Program-made: the position numbers and the translations under genes
Part shown: piece by piece, positions 27,358-32,000 of the stretch
Position numbering within the stretch: position 1 is the first letter of the stretch
Layout: each line of letters starts with the position of its first letter
Assembly: GCA_903838565.1 (NCBI GenBank)
Contig: CAILZB010000017.1
Coordinates: 42,708 to 74,707 of the forward strand
Reading direction: 5' to 3'
Source of the DNA: an uncultured beta proteobacterium
GTDB taxonomy: Bacteria; Pseudomonadota; Gammaproteobacteria; Burkholderiales; Burkholderiaceae_C
DNA: 32,000 bases
Notes under the pieces: generated by a model
The model's input: the letters and a program-made list of their open reading frames with translations, nothing else
What the model was told of the DNA's origin: nothing
Databases searched by the model: none

Positions 27358-27930
27358 ATGGCAACAGCAAAATCACTGACTGCAGTTGAAGTTGAGAAAG
27401 TGCTGCAGCACATCGCGACGAAAGCGTTCCCGCTGCGCAACCGCGTGATGTTTATGATGACGGCGATGGCAGGTATGCGCGTCGGCGAAGTTTGCGACTT
27501 GAAAATCTCTGACGTGCGCAACGCAGACGGAAGTGTGAAGAGCGAGATTTACTTGGCCGCTGAACGCGTCAAACACAATCACGCACGCACCGTGTATGTC
27601 AGCAGCCGCTTACAGCAAGAACTTGCAGATTACATCGCAACGCGCCCTTGGCTGTACGATGCGCAGCCGCTGTTCTTTACGCAGAAGTCGATGAGCCGCG
27701 GATTTACGCCGAACACGATGACGCAGCACTTCCACTGGCTGTACAAAGCCGCAGGCGTGCAAGGCGCAAGTTCACATTCGGGCAGGAAGACATTTTTAAC
27801 TTCGCTTGCAAGCCAAGGCATTTCCGTGTTCGTGCTTGCAAGTCTTGCAGGTCACAAGAGCATCGCCACAACACAGAAATATGTTACCGTCAACGACGAT
27901 ATGAAACGCAGGGCCGTCGAGTTGGTTTAG
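27358..27930 (+). CDS. short (190-aa) tyrosine recombinase, FimB/FimE/MrpI-sized (candidate DNA invertase)
   Basis: GGAG lies 7 nt upstream of the ATG. The catalytic signature is R in AGMRVGE, H-x-x-R in SSHSGRKTF, and GHKSIATTQKY with the nucleophile Tyr. There is no long N-terminal arm- or core-binding region. Confidence 0.8.
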   Translation: MATAKSLTAVEVEKVLQHIATKAFPLRNRVMFMMTAMAGMRVGEVCDLKISDVRNADGSVKSEIYLAAERVKHNHARTVYVSSRLQQELADYIATRPWLYDAQPLFFTQKSMSRGFTPNTMTQHFHWLYKAAGVQGASSHSGRKTFLTSLASQGISVFVLASLAGHKSIATTQKYVTVNDDMKRRAVELV

Positions 27931-28826
27931 TGCCTCATCAACTGCCGCAACTTGGTGCTTAGCAGTTGCGTCTGCGCGACCGTCAGTGCACTTGCTGGTG
28001 GAAGTGGTGTGAACGCTATGTCGCAGGCCGCATCGTTCAGCGCAGCCAACATACAGATTTTCTGCTTCAACCGCTTGCTCAACTTGGGCAGTTCAAAATC
28101 CCGCGCTTCGTGACTCTTGCTGCCCTTGACTCGCGGAATGTCGACGCGATCAATGCCTATGTTCCCGTCGTTGCCAAACACAACATCGCGGTCCATCCAA
28201 GTGTGCAGTCGATGCAACTTTTCGCCAGTCTCGACGCTGAATATTTCCTCTAAAACCTCTGCTGCAGTTTCGTACAAACTTTCTGCCTTGTTTGCGACTT
28301 TTGTTACTTGGCCTACCTTGTACTTTTTGCGCGAACCTGCCATTCGTTCGTAACTGCTGTCCATCATATCTGCCGCGTTGAGTCGTACGTTGTACGCCTT
28401 CAACTCCTTCGGCATTCCGTCGCCGTACAGTACTTCCACGTTGTCGCGAATCTCCGTCAAACTTGCAATGTAGTTTGCGAACTGCAACTGCGACAACACG
28501 GATTTGATCTTCGCGGCCTGCACGCTTTCGCCGCGCAGCATCTGTTCAATCAGCGCGTTTATTCCCGCAAGCGTCTTGACCTGCGCAACATCCAAGTCTT
28601 CGGCGAACACGCGAACGACAGGCGCTGCTGCAACGACAGGTGTAACTGCGTCTGCGTAATCTGACTCATCGAAACGATAAAGGCCGTCAGCGCCAAGCAC
28701 TGAATCGGCGTTTCCACGCAAAGATCGCTTGTTGTTTGCGATGATGATGGTGTAGTTTTCGTGCTCCATCTCAGCCACGCGTTTAACTGCGCGTGGCGAC
28801 AACCACTGCGTGGTGTGCTGCAACAC
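27927..28826 (-). CDS. hypothetical protein (up to 299 aa)
   Basis: This is a long ORF in low-GC DNA and the last gene of the lipoprotein/H-NS-like operon. The start is uncertain: GTG 28826 or ATG 28769 (MEHENYTIII). I recognise no motif. Its stop overlaps the recombinase stop (27927-27930). Confidence 0.6.
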   Translation of the reverse strand: MLQHTTQWLSPRAVKRVAEMEHENYTIIIANNKRSLRGNADSVLGADGLYRFDESDYADAVTPVVAAAPVVRVFAEDLDVAQVKTLAGINALIEQMLRGESVQAAKIKSVLSQLQFANYIASLTEIRDNVEVLYGDGMPKELKAYNVRLNAADMMDSSYERMAGSRKKYKVGQVTKVANKAESLYETAAEVLEEIFSVETGEKLHRLHTWMDRDVVFGNDGNIGIDRVDIPRVKGSKSHEARDFELPKLSKRLKQKICMLAALNDAACDIAFTPLPPASALTVAQTQLLSTKLRQLMRH

Positions 28827-28848
28827 CAGCGCAGTGTATCTGTCGGCC

Positions 28849-29097
28849 TTACTTGGTTTTTTTACGGGCTGTGCTTTTTCGAGGCGTTGCGACTTTCTTC
28901 GCCGCAGCGCCGCGCGTTTTCAACTCAGGCGTCAAATCTTTTTGCAGGAAACCGTGCGTCTTGATCAGGCGCTTTACAGTCGCCAAATCTTCGTCGTGCG
29001 TTTGCTTGAGCAGCGCAGTAATCTTCGCTGCGAGCGCTTCCTGTTGCTGCTGCGCTTCTGCAAGTTGTTCGTTCGCCGTTTTGTTGTCACTCATCAT
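28849..29097 (-). CDS. small H-NS-like protein (coiled-coil N-terminus, Lys/Arg-rich tail, no canonical C-terminal domain)
   Basis: It has a heptad-like segment NEQLAEAQQQQEALAAKITALLKQ and then VKRLIKTHGFLQKDL. The latter resembles the linker region of beta/gamma-proteobacterial H-NS-type proteins as I recall them. The tail is RGAAAKKVATPRKSTARKKTK. It lies in an AT-rich island. Confidence 0.5.
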   Translation of the reverse strand: MMSDNKTANEQLAEAQQQQEALAAKITALLKQTHDEDLATVKRLIKTHGFLQKDLTPELKTRGAAAKKVATPRKSTARKKTK

Positions 29098-29133
29098 CGT
29101 TCTTTCAAATATAGACTAACAGTTGCGATCAAC

Positions 29134-29850
29134 TTATTGTGCCAAAATATTTAGAGTTACGTTATTTGCTGTCGTTATGATTTCAAACCGAGTAAGCGAA
29201 GGCGTTCCATCAGCCGTAATCGTGTACGTAGTGGCTCCTGAGCCAGTAACTTTATTTGCAATGTCATAAACACTGGTGATAAGTTTAACGTCGAGTGTGT
29301 TTGCTGCGCTTCCCGCCACCGTTACATATGACACTGCAACACCACCATTTGCAACCTTCTTTGTGCTGTCCGTGTAGCAACTGAAAGTATAAACATTCCC
29401 TGTCTGACCAACCGTTGCATTCGCTGGGTACACGCCATCTGTCGTGGTAACACAGTATTGTCCAACAACACTTTGCCCTATCGGACCGTAGTTTGCGTTC
29501 ATATATACGGTGCTTGAACTATTAAACGGCAACGACACGCCATTGGCAACAAGATTGCCGTTTATTGTCGCTGTATCTTGCAACGCTGCTACACCGTTGA
29601 AAGTCGTGGCTGATGATTTTCCGAGCGTGAATGTCAAAGATCCAGTCAATGCGTTCGAAGTTGTTCCGTTGGAAACTGTTCCTGTAACGGACAATGTATT
29701 TTGCACCCCATTTGTATATGCTGTAGCAAGTGCTTTCTGAACAGGAAATGAGGTTACTGCTGGAGTAGCAGGGGCACTACTGCCGCCGCCGCCGCAAGCA
29801 GTCAACAATGCAACAACGCTCAGAGCCAACAGATTCTTGTTTGCAAACAT
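29134..29850 (-). CDS. lipoprotein of unknown function (Thr/Ser/Asn/Gly-rich, beta-rich)
   Basis: The signal peptide has a lipobox (LSVVALLTAC followed by GGGGSS). AGGA SD lies 7 nt upstream of ATG 29850. It is the first gene of the minus-strand cargo operon. Confidence 0.7.
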   Translation of the reverse strand: MFANKNLLALSVVALLTACGGGGSSAPATPAVTSFPVQKALATAYTNGVQNTLSVTGTVSNGTTSNALTGSLTFTLGKSSATTFNGVAALQDTATINGNLVANGVSLPFNSSSTVYMNANYGPIGQSVVGQYCVTTTDGVYPANATVGQTGNVYTFSCYTDSTKKVANGGVAVSYVTVAGSAANTLDVKLITSVYDIANKVTGSGATTYTITADGTPSLTRFEIITTANNVTLNILAQ

Positions 29851-30175
29851 TATTCATCCTTGTGTAAGTGTGTGTGGAGCAACTGCAACCGCTTCGACCG
29901 TCCCGTGTTACGTCCGAATGGTCACGTTGGATTTGATGTGGTCGCCTCGAACACCAGCACACTTTCTTGCACTTGCCTGCCGTCAACTATCATCAGTTTT
30001 AGAGCCTATATCAATATACAAAACTTTACTATTGCCCCAAGGGGCAAAAACGAGCGTTTGCCGCAAATAAAGATTGACGCAAAGCAAACTTTGGTCACAA
30101 CGCTCTCGCCAACTGCTTAGCAACCATCGTCGCCGTCAATCTGCTGTAGTCCCTTTTCACCATCAGCACATCCCG

Positions 30176-30439
30176 TTACCTGGACCGCTGTCGCTCCGCA
30201 TCTGCAAGTTGCTGGCGCAGGCGCTGCGCATAGGCCGTGTCGGCTTGCCGTTCCTTGTTCCTGTACGCAGACATGGCGATGTGCACTTCCTCCGCGCTTG
30301 GTGGCCGTTGCTGTTGTTGCTGCGCGTCACTGGCCGCGATCTGCTTGACCAGTTTGCCAGCCCTCGCCTGCTGTTTCAGCACTGACGGCTGGACGATAAC
30401 GGGCTGTGCCGCATTGTTCAAGACTTCTGCTATTCTCAT
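30176..30439 (-). CDS. small hypothetical protein (87 aa, Gln/Arg-rich), downstream of integrase
   Basis: ATG 30439 is preceded by GGGAGAGTGGGA. It starts 50 nt after the integrase stop on the same strand. I recognise no DNA-binding motif. Confidence 0.45.
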   Translation of the reverse strand: MRIAEVLNNAAQPVIVQPSVLKQQARAGKLVKQIAASDAQQQQQRPPSAEEVHIAMSAYRNKERQADTAYAQRLRQQLADAERQRSR

Positions 30440-30488
30440 TCCCACTCTCCCAACGTTGTTAAGTATTTAGCGGGACTTTGTGCGGCGC

Positions 30489-31784
30489 TTAGCCGCCAAG
30501 AACGGTCGCGAGCGCAACTGACGGACCGTGATTTCCGTAATATTGCTGAAGCATCTGCACACTGGTGCCCATGTTTGATGCGATTAGGAACGGAGACAAG
30601 TTTTTTCGGATCGCCATCACCGCATAGAAGTGTCGCAAACTGTACAGTGAATATTTTTGTTCGTACCTGTTTGCACTCATGCTGATCGACGACATCACTG
30701 CGTCAAACTGGTCAATGAGCGTGATGATTTTGTTCCCATCGTACATGCAGAAAAACCAACCGCTTTTATCTTCAGTGCGTTTGCGCTTGGGCGAGCGAAC
30801 CTCACGTTCCACACCGCTTGCAAGTTCATCATTTCGCAACTTGTTGCGAGCAACAACACGGCGCACATAGCGAACTGCGTTTGTGCGTGGGATGACGACG
30901 CGCATGCCTGTCTTTCCCTTGACATGAAACATGTAGTTTTTGCGTCCACGATCATCCGTGAACTCCTCAACGTCCGCTTCCTTCAAGTTATTTGCTTCGC
31001 CGACACGCATGCCGCTGTTCGCAAGTATCAGCACATAGTCGCGAAGTAACTCACGTGTGTAACGTCGCTCTGCGCTGTCTGTCTCGTAAATCCACTTGCG
31101 CATCCGCTTGTAGATCCGCACATACTCTGGCACATTGAACGTGGGCCGAACAATCTTGTTCTTTGCACTGAAACTCCATTTCGGCAGTTGCTTTTCGCCG
31201 CGGTAGCCCTTTTCGTGCGCCCACTTCAGCAGTGTTTTCAGCAGCGTCGTTTCCCACTTCAGCGTCATGTCTGCTGGGTTCAGTGACGCGTTTCGCGGCA
31301 CTGCATCCGTCGGCATCTTGTGGTAGTAATCTTTACGCCACGGGATGTAATCTTGTATGGTTGCGTTGTCGATTTTGTCAACGGCCTTGTTGCCGCAGTA
31401 CTCGATCAGGAACTTTGAAACACGCTTGATTTGCCGCAGCATATGGATGCTGACTTGACCTTTTCGCGAGTCAGTTACTTTCGCCAGCAGAGTTTGGTTG
31501 TACTGCTGCTGACGATGCGCAATGTACTCACGCATCACCTCCGCAAATGTCTTTTGCTGCAGCGGTAGACCTTCGCTCTTCTTGTATTCCGTTTCGTAAA
31601 AAAACTTCGTTGCAAGTTTCCGTGCTTCGTCAAGTTTCTTCGTCTTCAGGCTCTTGTAGATGTAACTTCTGTCGCCCTTGTAGAAGCGCGCTTGGAAGAT
31701 TCCGTTGCGACTGAACAGCAGCACCTTTCCGTCTTCAAGTTCTTCCTTGTGCGCGGCGCCAAACTTCTGCGCAACAACCGTCAT
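30489..31784 (-). CDS. int: site-specific tyrosine integrase (431 aa)
   Basis: The catalytic signature is R in NSGMRVGE, LRHFY (H-x-x-R) and MGTSVQMLQQYY (nucleophile Tyr). It has a long N-terminal arm/core-binding region. It lies adjacent to the right repeat. Confidence 0.85.
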   Translation of the reverse strand: MTVVAQKFGAAHKEELEDGKVLLFSRNGIFQARFYKGDRSYIYKSLKTKKLDEARKLATKFFYETEYKKSEGLPLQQKTFAEVMREYIAHRQQQYNQTLLAKVTDSRKGQVSIHMLRQIKRVSKFLIEYCGNKAVDKIDNATIQDYIPWRKDYYHKMPTDAVPRNASLNPADMTLKWETTLLKTLLKWAHEKGYRGEKQLPKWSFSAKNKIVRPTFNVPEYVRIYKRMRKWIYETDSAERRYTRELLRDYVLILANSGMRVGEANNLKEADVEEFTDDRGRKNYMFHVKGKTGMRVVIPRTNAVRYVRRVVARNKLRNDELASGVEREVRSPKRKRTEDKSGWFFCMYDGNKIITLIDQFDAVMSSISMSANRYEQKYSLYSLRHFYAVMAIRKNLSPFLIASNMGTSVQMLQQYYGNHGPSVALATVLGG

Positions 31785-31794
31785 TGCGCCCCCA

Positions 31795-31813
31795 TTTGCA
31801 TAACATATGCAAA
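31795..31813. promoter_or_regulatory. 8-bp perfect inverted repeat TTTGCATA-aca-TATGCAAA just upstream of int
   Basis: Read directly from the sequence. It lies 11 nt upstream of the int ATG on the minus strand, inside the int promoter/att arm region. It is a candidate operator or recombinase/RDF binding site. Confidence 0.3.
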
Positions 31814-31862
31814 ACGGGAAAAATGAATCAAAAACATAAAATGTTGTTGATTTAAAAGGAGA

Positions 31863-32000
31863 TTATTTATTTCCGTGGCACTTCTTGTATTTCTTCCCGC
31901 TGCCGCAAGGGCAGGGGTCGTTGCGGCCCGGCTCGGGCGCCTTGCGGATCTGCTCGACGCGCGCTCCGATGCTGGCCCACACGTCGTGCAGGTCATACAC
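31863..32000 (-). CDS. 3' end of a SEC-C zinc-binding-motif protein, probably SecA (partial, continues beyond window)
   Basis: My own minus-strand translation gives [45 protein letters not shown]. The CxCx8CH motif is the canonical SecA C-terminal tail, and it also occurs in other SEC-C proteins. GC returns to the core level. It is absent from the ORF track because its start lies outside the window. Confidence 0.6.
   Translation of the reverse strand: MYDLHDVWASIGARVEQIRKAPEPGRNDPCPCGSGKKYKKCHGNK
31868..31889. repeat. right copy of island-flanking direct repeat (candidate attR) inside the SEC-C gene 3' end
   Basis: TATTTCCGTGGCACTTCTTGTA. See the left copy at 25455-25477. Confidence 0.6.

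Larger units (their letters stand above)
25455..31889. mobile_element. about 6.4-kb integrative genomic island (tyrosine integrase, low GC)
   Basis: It is bounded by the 22/23-bp direct repeat. The integrase gene lies about 80 bp inside the right repeat. GC is clearly lower than in the flanking core DNA. The cargo consists of unknown genes plus an H-NS-like gene. Confidence 0.65.

Noticed and set aside
28793-29154. Plus-strand ORFs 28793-29119 and 28810-29154 (108 and 114 aa).
   Set aside because: They are antisense to the H-NS-like gene and the end of the lipoprotein gene. The translations are Cys/Phe/Leu/Arg-rich and there is no SD.
31781-31996. 71-aa minus-strand ORF listed across the island/core junction.
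   Set aside because: A different minus-strand frame gives a canonical SEC-C tail ([19 protein letters not shown]) ending at 31863. The listed ORF runs from GC-rich core into AT-rich island DNA and has no coherent protein character.

Overview
This is a high-GC proteobacterial chromosomal segment. Gene order and protein motifs look Burkholderiales/Comamonadaceae-like, but that is inference only. All family calls come from reading motifs by eye in the supplied translations, not from searches.

Positions 1-24.5 kb are densely packed core genes:
- a TpsB (ShlB/FhaC) transporter, a DUF971 protein and apaH
- a ybhP-like EEP gene translationally coupled to clsB, then folE and an HDOD protein
- a tightly coupled minus-strand chain ctpA-moeB-GGDEF-MinD/ParA-like
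- gpmA, rhodanese-grxC-secB-gpsA, ileS and ribF
- a stand-alone HNH protein, two tandem P-type ATPases (mgtA-like plus a P2-type) and hemG

Composition drops after about 24.8 kb. Spot counts are 26/60 G+C at 29161-29220 versus 43/60 at 13141-13200.

Positions 25.46-31.87 kb form a roughly 6.4-kb integrase island. It is bounded by an imperfect 22/23-bp direct repeat that duplicates the last codons (YKKCHG) of a SEC-C-motif, SecA-like gene. Only the 3' end of that gene lies in the window (31863-32000, minus strand).

Island content:
- a 431-aa tyrosine integrase plus a small Q-rich ORF
- an operon of lipoprotein / truncated H-NS-like protein / 299-aa unknown
- a 190-aa FimB/FimE-sized tyrosine recombinase preceded by about 0.8 kb of ORF-poor, hairpin-dense DNA
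- a divergent pair of small unknown genes

The best candidates for something undescribed are:
- the short recombinase together with its structured non-coding region
- the uncharacterised lipoprotein/H-NS-like/299-aa operon
- the protein-gene (SEC-C tail) attachment site

In the core, a Pro-rich uORF plus terminator-like hairpin lies in front of the mgtA-like gene, and a GGDEF-ParA/MinD coupling sits next to an HDOD gene. Both deserve a look. No rRNA, tRNA or CRISPR array was recognised.
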